A stretch of 64,000 bases of DNA from Octopus bimaculoides (Eukaryota): assembly GCF_001194135.2 (NCBI RefSeq), contig NC_068981.1, positions 129,122,202 to 129,186,201 of the forward strand. Direction: 5' to 3'. Made by a program: the position numbers and the translations under genes. Within the stretch, counting starts at the first letter, position 1. Every line of letters begins with the position of its first letter. Positions 13,181 through 25,791 of this stretch are shown here, in pieces. The notes below the pieces were generated by a model that was not told the DNA's origin, searched no databases, and worked only from the letters and a program-made list of their open reading frames with translations.

Positions 13181-13760
13181 AACTGTGTACAGTTGTGAAA
13201 ATCAGCTGCCCAGCAGATGTTAACATAATGATAAAAATTAACAAAAAAGAAAATGCTTCCACTGAACTATTGAGGAATCTACAGTTATCCTACCCAGATT
13301 ACAGGTTCTGGTTTATACCTGTAATTATTGGGGCACTGGGATATGTAACACACTGCCTAAGTACCAATCTTGAGAAATTAGGCTGCTCAAAACCAGAAAA
13401 GAGAAAGCTGATTCAAAGACTACAGATTCAAGCCATCACTGGAACTATAAAAATCTGTAAAACTTTCCTGAAGTTTGTCATTTAAGTATATATGAGCATG
13501 CCTAGACATGCAGCAGAATTCTTAAGGATGAGAGACAAGTGGTTCATGATATAGCTGAGCAGATTTCTAGTGAAATTGGATAAAGTGATAGAGTCTCACA
13601 GTGTCCATTATGCATGAGGATACATGCATAAAACAAAACACACAAATCTACACATATACATGCATACAAAAATACCCTGTTGATGTTGTTGAAATTCCAA
13701 TGAAGGAGCCTTGGATCTAGGTTAGAAACCGGCTCTTTCTCTATTGGCATGAAATCTTGA
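13181..13760 (+). mobile_element. 3' end of an R4-like (restriction-like endonuclease) non-LTR element with probable 3' UTR
   Basis: ORF 13150-13485 reads KISCPADVNI...ELLRNLQLSYPDYRFWFIPVIIGALG...IQRLQIQAITGTIKICKTFLKF, typical of the RLE C-terminus (PIVIGALG ... LLGT). The fragment begins right after a (CA)n run. Confidence 0.75.
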
Positions 13761-14450
13761 AATATAACTAAAAAACAACATACCTACATATTTTCATCTG
13801 CCCATTCATTTTGTTGGAGTAGTAATGGAGTGGTACAGAAAACTATCTATTAATTATTGACAATTTATGAAACCTACAGTTTCTTTCACGTTTATGTAGT
13901 TGATTATCAGGGGAAGTCCCTTTTAACTTTTCAGATTGGTGCAATCAGTATGGTTCGGGTTTTGTTGATTGATGCCTATAAGGAAAATGTAAGTAGCAGA
14001 GGAATCTGGTTCAGGGAAAATAGCTTGAAGAAAGTATTTAATGTAGGGTTTTTGAAGTAAGACAATAAGGATGAAGAGGGGAAGTGAGATGGGTGAACCA
14101 GGCGGGCTTGTGTGGCAGTAGTATGCAACTTATTATCTCATAGGAGCTTAAGTAAATGTATCCCTGGTAGGAGAAATGATAAGAAACAATAACACATCTG
14201 TGAAGCAATAATTATAGAATGTTGGTGCATGAATATTCACTATTTTTACTTATTCATTTTGTTTATGCCATCTAAGATGTTTGTGTGTGTAGTAGTAACA
14301 CTTGAGATTTGTTGAGCAGCAGCATCTGATCAGAGTTGAAATATTTTCTGACTCTGAAGCAGAAATCTCGTATTTAAAAAGTAGTTTTTAATAATGATAT
14401 AAATTATAATAATGTATAATAATACATTATAATAATAATGTACAGTAGTA

Positions 14451-14483
<33 letters not shown>

Positions 14484-15180
14484 TATAGTAATAATAATAA
14501 TAATATAATAATAATAATAATATAGTTATAATAAAAAGTTTTAATAATGATATAAGTTATTATGAAGTTAACATTTCTAATGATTTTGACGGTTTTAGTT
14601 GTATGTATTTCATGTAAAGGGACAGTGTGCTGCAAAATTATTTTCTTTATATGTGTAGCGAATATATCTTTGTCTTAATAAAGGAAACTATGATGCCATT
14701 ATAGGATGTCTTAGAATTTTCCGTTTATAAAAAAAGCTCAAATCTGCATGAAATGTTTAGGATGTGTGTAAATAATACCTGCGTGCCAAACATTTAGGTT
14801 GAGAAGATGATGGGGTAATCTTTAAAGGTAGTTTGGAGTAACTATAAGAAGATCATTGATATACAGAAAAAAGAGTGTGTTTAATATACCAAGCCCTAAT
14901 ATACTCTAGAATTGATAGCATGTGGTTTAAAGAGAGACCTGTTAACAATGTGATGGAGTAGTCTGGCTGGAAACTATTGACTTCAAAAATTTCAGATGGC
15001 TGGAATACAGGATGAGCAACTTTGCTTCAAAGGTTTTATACTAGACAAGTCACAATCTTAGCTGATATCAACATTGTTTTCATCAGAATTCTTAAGGATG
15101 AGAGACAAGTGGTTCATGATATAGTTGAGCAGATTTCCAGTGAAATTGGATAAAGTGATAGAGTCTCACATTGTACATTA
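13514..15180. repeat. Dispersed 97-bp direct duplication (13514-13610 and 15084-15180)
   Basis: cagaattcttaaggatgagagacaag...gagtctcaca has 2 mismatches over the first 87 bp and 4 over 97 bp. Confidence 0.9.
14395..14560. repeat. Imperfect (TAA)n low-complexity tract
   Basis: Directly visible. It explains the poly-Ile ORF at 14330-14635. Confidence 0.9.
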
Positions 15181-16983
15181 CATTTTATGTTGAAAGTATT
15201 GGGAATAGATCAGCAAGATTAAAGAAGTTATCATCTTTGAGAATGAACCTGATGCTGCATGTATCAACAGATATACTGTCGGCTATTTAAATAATTTCGT
15301 CTACAATATTGTACTGTTATATCTTTTAGTTCCAGATCGATCAAATTATTCAACTAAGAAATATAATCTTTCATAATGACTTAGCAGTGTAAGGCAATAA
15401 AAGCAAGGGAGACAACTCTAAAATTTACTCTGAAATGCAATGAGAAAATGTTTCGTGAATGAACATGGAATATTATTACGGAAACTTACCTAGGGACACT
15501 TTATGCATGAAAACTAAATGTAAAATGTGCACTAATATACACGATTTAGTGAACGAAGAAATTTAATTAAAATTACATCCTTAATGATGGAAATAATCAT
15601 TACATAAATGATTAATTTTAGTAAGAAAAAAAATGGCAGAAAGGAAAATTCCAAAATTTAGTTAAAATTTATTAAATAGAGAATGTGATAAGAAGTGAGT
15701 GTGATCTTTAGCAGTATGTTGCCTATTCTGGTCATGTCTCAGTTTTATTAGGCTTCATCAACAATGCATAATCTAGTTGTAATCATTAGAGTTTGTAGTA
15801 ACTAAAAAGGATTAGGTTTTTCAACTGAGTAACATTGTAAACCTGCAGTTAGTGCAAAACGTAACAATAATAGACAATTCGTTATGTCACTATTAGGAAT
15901 CCTGTCCATCTCTGCAACAGTTATATGAAATTAGTGTAATCATGCAGTGTATTTCTTGTAAATCTCTCTCCCTCCCTCTCTCCCCCCTCTCTCTCACACA
16001 TACACACACACACACACAACAGAAATATTATGGCTGATTTTGTTAACTGTACTGGAGAAAATTTAACTGATGAAAATTTGTTACAGCTTATTGTTTGCAA
16101 ATTTTAGAGATAAAGACACTTCCAATTCCAAAAAATGTATTTATCAGAATTATAGCTTAATTGGAAATATTTTCCTTTTTGCTTGATTTTTTTGTTAAAT
16201 AATAAGAGTTATTCAGACTATTAACATCATCTTTTGACCAGCATAATTTCTGATTATCTTCAGGTATCAATAAAGTTACTATCAAATCATAGACCATTCA
16301 TTGGTAACTCTATATGAAAAATCTGTAAGATTTTAAAGGAAGAATGGAAACACAGAAATAAATTCCTTTTAACTTCTCTGAACTCACAGGCAGACTTAAA
16401 GTCACTAATACATGTTAACAAAACAGTGTTACCCAGTGGTTCTACTGCTTAAATTAGTTAGTGGTGCATATCCTTTGATAACTATTTACAAGTAGTGGAC
16501 ACTGACAAAATAATACTTGAATAATTTTGATCATGGACACTAAACAGTGCTGGTGATAGGATGCAAACTACTAATGCTTTGGCTAGTAGTCTGACACATT
16601 GTCAAGGCCAATTACAGCTCTAGAGCCAACATATTGATAACTGGGATTGATATAATCAACTTAACTTCTCCTTTGAAATTGTTGTCCCTGTACTAAAATT
16701 TGAAACCAATATTTTGTACAACCCTTTGTATAAGACATCTTAGAGTATTCAGTAATGATTTCTCATAAATTTTGGAGCCTATTTTTATGTAACAAAATGA
16801 GCAATTGTTGCACATTATGTTTTATTGTAATTGTTATCATTATAATAAGTGCAAGCAGGCTTGTATGGTTAAGAAGTTTGCTGCAGAAGTACATGGTCCA
16901 GTCGAACTGCATGGGCACAATAGGTACAGTTTGGCTCATACATTGTGATTGAAATTGGTAGGCAGAAATGGAAGGAGCCTGTT

Positions 16984-16984
16984 T

Positions 16985-17016
<32 letters not shown>

Positions 17017-17079
17017 GGGGAGAGAAAGAGAAAGATAGAGAGAGGGAGAGAGAGAGAAAGAAAGAGAGAGAGAGAAAGG

Positions 17080-17122
<43 letters not shown>
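16984..17122. repeat. Compound (TG)n-(GA)n microsatellite
   Basis: Directly visible. It explains the SLSL/RERE ORFs. Confidence 0.95.
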
Positions 17123-17125
<3 letters not shown>

Positions 17126-18794
17126 ATATTTCTCCTCATCTTCTGTTTGCTGATTGTAAATAAGACCCTCACTATTCATTAGCTTGCAGTCTACTGCAAA
17201 AGCATGGAAATGTAGATGTTAAAACAATGATGATGATGACAATTACATGCCAGGTTTGGTTGTTATTTTTGCTGCTTTCATTGACTCCTGTGACTTTCTG
17301 TCACCATCCAATTCCATTATAAATTTAAATTAGGAGCTTGAGTCATAGTGAATCTTTCATTAGTTGATTACACAACCATGGATGCCACCCCTATTTATCA
17401 TTTTTAACTCTTCAGTTGTGTGTACATGAATGTAGAGCCTCAATGTATATGTGTGTATATATAGAGGATCAGTTTAACTCTGTATGTTCACTTGACCTGC
17501 TAGATATAGCAACAAAATCTCCTGTAAATCACCCTACCATTTCAAGAAGCAACACATTGAACAGTATAGTCCTGGGATTGTGAATGGGATGTCTTTAATC
17601 ATAAGTTTACTTGATCAGGGCTGCTTTGAAATTAAAAAATAAGAATAATGAAAATAGAATAGTGGAATAAATTTTATGCTGTAAGAAGAGAAAACTAATG
17701 TTTCAAATACTTTTCCCTCTTCAGAGAAAGAGTGAGAGGAAAAATGCAGATGTATTGTATTTTAGATTTAATTGCTAATGAGAGCATGAATTAATAAGCA
17801 GAGTGACATAGAGTGGTAAGTTATGGGAAAGAGCCAGAGGAAAACTTGTGAGAGGTGACATAAGTAGTTTTCAAGTTGTATGATAAAGGAGGGATGGTAA
17901 TAAGATTCAAGCTAGTTGAAATGAGAGGAAGGTTGTGAGGGCCAAGTCATGTGCATCTGAAGAAACTTTGTGAGTGAACATGAGCTCATGAGATGAAATG
18001 TACATATAATTGAAATAGCTGCCTTTGTCTTGCAGTGTCACAGTAACGATTGCCTCATTTAACAGCAATAAAAATAGCTAAAATGGCATACCAGCAAATA
18101 GTTTTTAAACTATTTATATATAGTCATAGACTGATGATTCAATTTGTCACTGGTTCAGTTCAGGTCTGTGATGTTGATAAACCACAAAAGTAGTGAAATA
18201 TCAGAATCCATCACTTCTGAATGGGATCTGAAGTGAGTTGTCTTGCCTGTCTATGTCTTTCAGGTATTATAACATCCAGTGAAATGAGGGAGTCATCCTT
18301 CAGGCACTTCACTGCAGCAAACCAGCAAACAAGTAAAATACATACACTGTGTGTGTGTGTGTGTGTGTGTACAGGCATAGTAATGTGATAAGAAGTTTGT
18401 ATCCCAACTACTTAGTTTTAGGTCCAGTCCCATTGCATGGTTACCTTGGGGAAGTGACTTCTACTATAGCCCCAGGTCAACCAAAGCCTTGTGATCCTAG
18501 CTATTTGTTATATCACAGCATAAGTGGTTGAGTTTTTCATAGACACTTGTACCCTTAACCTAATCCTTAACAAAACACTGAGTGACAAGTTTGAATCTTT
18601 GAACTGTATGTGAAGAGCATAAGATGGATGTCCACTCAGTTTATCTCCTCAATTTCACTCACAATCTGAGGTTTCAGTCATTAGACTATGGGCACACTGG
18701 AACATTAAGGCCACCAATGGCTTCATGTGAAGAGATCTTCACAATTGTTCAAGTGTTGCCACATGGAAGTGTTGGTGTTCATCCCCATTTCTGG

Positions 18795-19164
18795 TGAGAA
18801 TACATGATATTAGCATATATATACACACACACACATACACATCATATTAACGTGAATATATATATATATATATATGCACACGTGTGTGTGTGTACAGTAA
18901 TACCTCACTTTACGAGGACCTGGTTTACAAGACCCCAGGTTTACAAGTTTTTACAAGTTTTATTTTCTGTTTACGAGTTTTCTCTATATGAGTGTTCCCC
19001 AGGAATGAATTAACTCATATATTGAGGCATTGCTGTATACACATATATACATACATATATATGTATATATGACAGGTTTCTTTCAGAAGAAACCTGTCAT
19101 ATAAACATATATATGTATGTATATATGTATATGTGTGTATATATGCTAATATCATGTATTCTCA
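18795..19164. repeat. Local inverted duplication (hairpin) whose left arm is interrupted by a MITE
   Basis: Inner 42-bp stem 19041-19082 / 19087-19128 with 1 mismatch and a tcag loop. Outer arms tgagaatacatgatattagcatatat (18795) / atatatgctaatatcatgtattctca (ends 19164). Confidence 0.85.
18895..19035. mobile_element. Tc1/mariner Tigger-like MITE
   Basis: TA|cagtaatacctca ... tgaggcattgctg|TA. The TIR type is the same as 32580-32797. Confidence 0.75.
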
Positions 19165-19885
19165 TGCTCAGATAATGTGATTGATATATATATATGCAGA
19201 ACAGAATTTTGTCAAAGCAACGAAAATATTTTGGCAAATTAAATTTAAACGTTGAAGTGAATCTAATGGTTTTTGTGTTTCTTAAATGGCTTATAAACAC
19301 CTTCCACTCTGCAATTGTTTTTGTTCCAGCACATAATCTCAGATCAGGTCACTTGCTATGCAAGTACATCTCTGTAATTCTGAAAGCTTGAGCCAGGCTA
19401 CCGAACTCAGAGGAAAGCCTTTACTTGTTACTTGAGAAAAGTAACAGCTAAGCAACAGCTTAGTTTCATTAGACACTACATCTCACTGAAGATATATATA
19501 TATATATGTATGTATCATCATTACCATAATCAATTTAATATCCACTATTCCATGCTTACATGGGCCAGAGGGAATTTGTTGAGGCACATTTTCTGCAGCT
19601 GGTTGCCCTTCCTCACCAACCCTCACCTATTTCAAAGTATTTCCCTTTGGCCAGGCTTTTGATGCTTATTTACAACCATCACATGAAGTTAAGACAAGAG
19701 TACCCACATATACAACAGGCTTTTTTTCAGTTTCATCTACCAATTCTACTCATAAGGATTTTATTGATTTGGCGCTATAGTAGAAGATACTTGCTGAAAG
19801 TGCTGCACAGTGAGACTGAACCCAAAACAACACAGTTGGGAAGCAAGCTTCTTGACCATACACCCACACCTTCATGCATGTGTGT

Positions 19886-19927
19886 ATCTATCTATCTATC
19901 TATTTACCTATCTATCTCTCTATCTAT

Positions 19928-19998
<71 letters not shown>
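19886..19998. repeat. (TATC)n-(TA)n microsatellite
   Basis: Directly visible. Confidence 0.95.
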
Positions 19999-20004
<6 letters not shown>

Positions 20005-20325
20005 CACACACGAGCTATATTCACACATATCATACATGTTCTCTCTCTCTCATGCACACACACACACATTTATAATTTATTATAAGCATGAATGCAGCCC
20101 CTAAAGACTTGATCATGCCATTATTTAAGCAACAACATCTAATTGAGAAAATAAATGTATTCCTTTCTAAAATAGAAACTTTCCACTGGAATTACCTGTG
20201 CAGCTTGTGGAAAATTTGAAAATAATATAGATTTATAAGGAATGTGGATTTATTGAAATAAACCTGTCTAATTTTATTATTTTTTCAATGAATTTTTAAT
20301 TTTTAGTGTTTACAGCTATTTTTGT

Positions 20326-21117
20326 ATATGCTCTGCTGGATGTGTAATGTTAGCATGCATACACAACAGAGTGTAAGTGCCCTGAGAGAAAAGTTGAATG
20401 TAAGAAGCATCAGATGTGGTGTGCAAGAGAGACGACTGCACTGATATGGTCATGTGTTTCATATGGATGAGGACAGCTGTGTGAAGAAGTGTTACACCCT
20501 AACAGTGGAGGGAACCTGTGGAAGATGTAGACCCAGGAAGACATGGGATGAGGTGGTGAAGCACAACCTTCGAATGTTGGGCCTCACAGAGGAATGATAA
20601 GCAACCGAGACCATTGGATATATGCTGTGCTTGAGAAGACCTGGCAAGCCAAGTGAGATTGTAGTCATGGCCGATGCCAGTGTCGAATAACTGGCCTGTT
20701 TAAAAACATCCTTCAATCATCAGGCAATATGCTGTGCTTGTGAAGACCTGCTGAACCAAGTGAAGTCGTGGTCATGGCCGATGCCAGTGCTGCCTAATAC
20801 ACAAAAAGCACCATTTGAGCATGACTGATGCCAGCGCTACATGACTTGCACCTGTGCCAGTGGCACATAAAAAGCATCATTCGAGCATGGCTTACACCAG
20901 TGCCGCCTGACTGACTCCCATGCTGGTAGCAAGTAAAAAGTACTCACGGCACTCTCAAAGTGGTTGGCATTAGGAAGGGCATCCAGCTGTAGAAACCTTG
21001 CCAAATCAGATTGAAGCCTGGTGCAGCCTCCCAGTTTGCCAGTCTTCAGTCAAACTGTCCAACGCATGCTAGCATGGAAGGCAGATGTTAAATGACAACG
21101 ATAATAATCATGATGAT
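20326..21117 (+). mobile_element. 5'-truncated RTE LINE (C-terminus plus 3' UTR)
   Basis: Contains gatgtggtgtgcaagagagacgactgcac...ggaacctgtggaagatgtagacccaggaagacatggg and the family 3' tail. Confidence 0.85.
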
Positions 21118-21285
21118 CTAGTTTCTTTGTCGTTACTATTCTCTTAAGCATAAAGTAGGTTAAATCTGTTTCTGTAAGTAAGGTAAGGAAAAGCAAAAAG
21201 ACACATGTACTTTTCCAAAATTTAAATACATAATGAAATAAAATAAAAATAAAGAAATTAAAATATATCTAATATCTTCTTTTAT

Positions 21286-21482
21286 CTTCTACTTGTTTCA
21301 GTCATTAGACTGTGGCCATGCTGGGGCACCGCCTTGAATTTTTAGTCAAATGAATTGACTCCAATGCTTTTTTTAAAGCCTGGTACTTATTCTATTGGGC
21401 TCTTTTGCCGAACCACTAAGCTAAGGGGACATAAACACACCAACATTGGTTGTCAAGCTGTGATGGGGAGACAAACACAGAG

Positions 21483-21518
<36 letters not shown>

Positions 21519-21650
21519 GACGGGCTTCTTTCAGGTTCTGTCTACCAGATCCACTCACAAGGCTTTGGTTGACCTGAGGCTATAGTAGAAGACACTTGCC
21601 TAAGGTGCTACACAGCAGGACTGAACCCGGAACCATGTGGATGGGAAGAG
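21286..21650 (-). mobile_element. tRNA/CORE SINE family B with internal (TA)n
   Basis: Matches the 42376-42780 copy (tagtagaagacacttgcc, aatccactcacaaggctttggt). Confidence 0.85.
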
Positions 21651-22169
21651 TATTAAATTTGTAGTTAAACTCTGTGGGTGAACCATAAAGTTATATAACC
21701 AACAAAATCATTTTACGGAAAAAAATGAAATGTAGTGAATGAATGAATTTCCAGTTTCAATAAACAGATGTTCAGTTATTCGATCACTGAAACTGCCAAC
21801 TATTAAAGTAGTAATATATTAGCAAGGGAAGGCTTCCAATTCCTCAAATCATATAATATCTCATATCTTATATTTTTACACGTCTCAACGATTAGCCTTT
21901 ACGTTTTTGAAGACTATTACTCTCCAACAATTCACTGCTTTCTTTGTAATTTATACAAGGGAGACAACCCAGTATCAACTTCGCTAGTCTCCTCAGGTTT
22001 TTAGTTTCAACTGCAAGTTCTCACAAAACATCGTGTAACACTTCAAACAGGGTTCCATGTTTAAGCCGTCATTTGAGCAATGCCTTCGACTGAAAATTCC
22101 CCAAACTACAAATATCCAAAATTCTCAAACATATTATTTGAAGCGATGCTGCGAAAAGATAAACAGTAA

Positions 22170-22310
22170 TAACTCAGTTTGTCTCAAAATTTTAGAGGAA
22201 GCTCCTGCCTTAGTTGATCTAAAATCTGTCCATGACTTCTGGTCCATTTTATCTTAACTCCCTTGATGATCGTCATTTCTTTTACTTTTACTATATCACC
22301 TCTAAGATGA
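22170..22310 (-). mobile_element. Possible decayed CR1-like LINE C-terminus
   Basis: The minus frame reads HLRGDIVKVKEMTIIKGVKIKWTRSHGQIL, resembling CR1 LRGDLIEVFKIIKG...TRGH. Confidence 0.35.
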
Positions 22311-22339
22311 CAATCACTAACAAGAATAGATAACTTTAA

Positions 22340-22617
22340 CCCATTACCTACCAGTGATCTCATATGAGATCACTTAAAAATTACAAATTTCTTAATTATC
22401 TGTCAATATTTACACATATCTAACATTTTTGCTATATCTACTAGGTATATTTCTCTGATATTCAAATGAGGTTTGCTAATTTTTCACTTGATATCTCGCT
22501 TATTTCTATTTAAAATGTTATTTTGATCATTCCAGCGTGTTTCTAAGGCTGTTTTATGCTAGAAATCAAAGTTTCATAAAAAAAATTCCAGTTAATAGAA
22601 TTATGGGAGGTAATGGG
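22340..22617. mobile_element. piggyBac-like MITE
   Basis: TTAA|cccattacctacca ... tgggaggtaatggg|TTAA, with a subterminal 22-bp perfect palindrome at 22353-22374. Confidence 0.85.
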
Positions 22618-22869
22618 TTAAGGGCTCTATAAATGATAAATTGTCAATTTTACAAAGTCCATCTCATAATCTGGGCAGCTGTATCATAGCAGCCACTTAG
22701 ACACTAGCATCACTACTACTTCACTGAGTGCAAGAGTCTTTGAAGCTGAAAGTGACCAACAAATTGGAGCCATCTTGTTCTTATATCTAACAAATTATGA
22801 TAAAACCACCTTATAAAGACCCATCCACCAAGATGACATGTCATCAAAAGAGCAAATATTGTTTTCAAA

Positions 22870-23085
22870 TTTTGGTACAAACCCAGTAAGCTAGGGAGAG
22901 AGGGTGGTCAGATGATTACATTGATCCCAGAGTTCAACTGATATTTATTTCATCGACCCTGAAAGGATGAAAGGTAAAATCAACCTCAGCGGAATTTGAG
23001 CTTAGAACATACAGATGGACGAAATGCTGCTAAGCATTTTGTCCAGCATACTAACAATTCTGCCAGCTCACTGGCCTAGAAGAGC
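22870..23085 (-). mobile_element. SINE family C
   Basis: tttattcatcgaccctgaaaggatgaaaggtaaaat...ggaatttgagcttagaac...aattctgccagctcac. Confidence 0.75.
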
Positions 23086-23489
23086 AGATAATATTCAGAT
23101 CTGAATGCTTTTCCTATGTTAAATATTATATGAAACATCTCTTAGATATAAGCTTTGATAATGCTTTATAAGATTCAAACAGCTTACTTTGGGATGTTTT
23201 TTCAGTATTACCCATTCTACAAACATCAAATAATACATTTGGACAAGTCTGTGTTGATACTCATATCATCTGACCTGCTGACCTTCCTTTCTTTATTTCT
23301 ATTGAAGGTATGGATGATATGCATAAATCTTGAATTGACTAACTTCAGGTAGATAGCCCTGCTCGATTTGTAGAAAAGGCGTAGGTAGAAACTCTATAAG
23401 ATGTACCCAGCGTAAGCTATGGACACTTAAGAGGTGCAGCAATATCAGAGGAAGGCTAACAGGGAAGATAGTTTTTGTATGTGGCAGAT

Positions 23490-24802
23490 GATAGTTTTTG
23501 TATGTGGCACTGAAAATGTGCAGAGAACAACTTCTGCCATATTCCAGGGAGAAAAACTAGAAGTAGTTGATAGCTTCCGTTACCTAGGTGACCAAGTTTG
23601 TAGCAGGGGAGGGTGCACTGAAAGTATAGCTGCTAGAATAAGAATAGCCTGGGCAAAGTTCAGAGAGCTCTTACCTCTGCTGGTGATAAAGAGCTTCTTG
23701 CTCAGAGTAAAAGCAGACTGTATGACACATGTGCACGAACAGCCATGCTACATGGCAGTGAAACATGGGCCGTGACTGCTGAGGACATGCGTAAGCTCGC
23801 AAGGAATGAAGCCAGTATGCTCCGATNNNNNNNNNNGGACATGCGTAAGCTCGCAAGGAATGAAGCCAGTATGCTCCGATGGATGTGTAATGTTAGTGTG
23901 CATACTCGACAGAGTGTAAGTACCTTGAGAGAAAAGTTGGACCTAAAAAGCCTCAGTTGTGGTGTGCAAGAGACGATCGCGCTGGTATGGTCACATGGCG
24001 AGAATGGATGAGGACAGCTGTGTGAAAAAGTGCCACACCCTAGCGGTTGAGGGAACCTGTGGAAGAGGTAGACCCAGGAAGACCTGGGATGAGGTGGTGA
24101 AGCACGACCTTCAAACATTAGGCCTCACTGAGGCAATGACTAGTGACTGAGACCTTTGGAAATATGATGTGCATTCGAAGACCCGGCAAACCAAGTGAGA
24201 CCATAACCCGTTGCCTTTGCCAGGGGTGTAGCCAGCCCACTTACGCATACCTTTCCTTCATTGGAAACTAAACTCTGCTTGCGAAGACCTGTTGAGGCAA
24301 GTGAAATTGAAATCGAAATCAAGCCAAATTCGACGACTGGAACCCGTGCCAACCTTTCCATCATTGGACACTAAACTCTGCTTGCGAAGACCTGTTGGGG
24401 CAAGTGAAATCGAAATCGAACCAAATTTGATGACTGGCACCATCCGAGCGTGATCATTGCCAGAGCAGCTGTTTGGCTTCCATGCAGGTGGCACATAAAA
24501 AGCATCATTTGTGCATGGTCGTTACCAGTGTCGCCTTACTGGCACTTGTGCCGGTGGCATGTGAAAAAACATTCGAGCGAGGTCGTTGCCAGTACTACCT
24601 GACTGGTCCTTGTGCCGGTGGCACGTAAAAGCACCCACTACACTCTCAGAGTGGTTGGTGTTAGGAAGGGCATCCAGCTATAGAAACTCTGCCAGATCAG
24701 ATTGGAGCCTGGTGCAGCCATCTGGTTCACCAGTCCTCAGTCAAATTGTCCAACCCATGCTAGCATGGAAAGCAGACGTTAAATGATGATGATGATGATG
24801 AT
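23490..24802 (+). mobile_element. Young 5'-truncated RTE LINE (RT C-terminus, 3' UTR, (GAT)n tail)
   Basis: VVDSFRYLGDQV...RIRIAWAKFRELLPLL, MLHGSETWAVTAEDMRKLARNEASML, WYGHMARMDEDSCVKKC...GRGRPRKTWDEVV. A ~100-bp tandem duplication lies in the UTR at about 24251-24440. Confidence 0.92.
23827..23836. other. 10-N assembly gap with a duplicated 44-bp flank
   Basis: ggacatgcgtaagctcgcaaggaatgaagccagtatgctccgat occurs on both sides of the Ns. Confidence 0.95.
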
Positions 24803-25643
24803 ATATATATGCATATATGGGTACAAGAAGTCACCACCTGTAAACAACATGAAGTACAGAAACAAGGGAGTTAAATATGCAAACAACAAGAGAAAAAAAA
24901 TTGAAAACAAGGCAAGTAACACAATGAACGACCCTTCATCAGTTGTCAGCTGTTTATCTACTCATTTCAAGCACTCAACGACAATATGAATCTCCAAAGA
25001 CAGTTGCTCCCATAACTTCCAAAATATATTTTAGATTTTATGGTGGGTCAAAGTTGGGAACAAAAACAGGACAGTGGAAAAATACAAGGAAACTGAATGA
25101 AAACAAACATGGAGGGTCGTTCAAAAAGAGAAAAGATAGAAGAGAGGGATAGAAGATGCCAAGTCTTTAGAACATCACGTAGGAAAAGAAAGATGGTCAG
25201 GTGAGGAAAAGAAAGACAGACAATGGTCATATATATATATCCTTTAAGTTCGTTTATGGGAAACGTTTTTGAGTGCACTCATAAATAGCTCCTATGCTAT
25301 TTATTCCACCTACCACTTACTATTCCCATCTTTTTTATCATATATGTGTGTGTTTGTCTGAGTTTGTATATCTGTATGTATCATCATCATGATCATCGTC
25401 ACCATTTTAACTTCCACTTTTCCATGCTTACATGGGTTGGATAGAATTTGTTGAGGTGGGTTTTCTACAGCCAGATGCTCTTCTTGTCACTAACCTGTAT
25501 TATTTTCAAGTAAGGTAATTATTTCCCTATAACCAGACATGTTTTCATAGAAGATACACCTTATGTAACAGTGACACTTGTTTACAACTATCATGTGATG
25601 CTAAGGCAACAAAACAGTATCATATACATACATTCATGCACAC

Positions 25644-25751
25644 CTCCAAATGACCCGTCCTTGTTTTCTTTGTATTGTCTATCTGGATGTTTTATTGTCC
25701 CTTTCTTGTATCACCTGTCTGGATGTTTTGCGTTCTTGTCCCATTTTGTAT

Positions 25752-25791
<40 letters not shown>

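Noticed and set aside
16250-16460. Acceptor-like ttcag followed by protein-like text (ILKEEWKHRNKFLL...)
   Set aside because: All frames are interrupted and no family was recognised.
14330-20104. Poly-Ile, SLSL, RERE and YIYI ORFs
   Set aside because: They are translations of microsatellites.
23783-23880. Apparent 44-bp tandem duplication in the RTE copy
   Set aside because: The copies are identical and abut a 10-N gap, which is typical of an unmerged contig overlap.
24925-24960. CTGATGA on the minus strand resembling a hammerhead core
   Set aside because: No downstream stem II partner or GAAAC could be found.
25240-25295. Third hammerhead-like remnant on minus (ctatttat-gagtgcactc-aaaacgtt)
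   Set aside because: There are three mismatches in the CUGANGA core and no convincing stem I.
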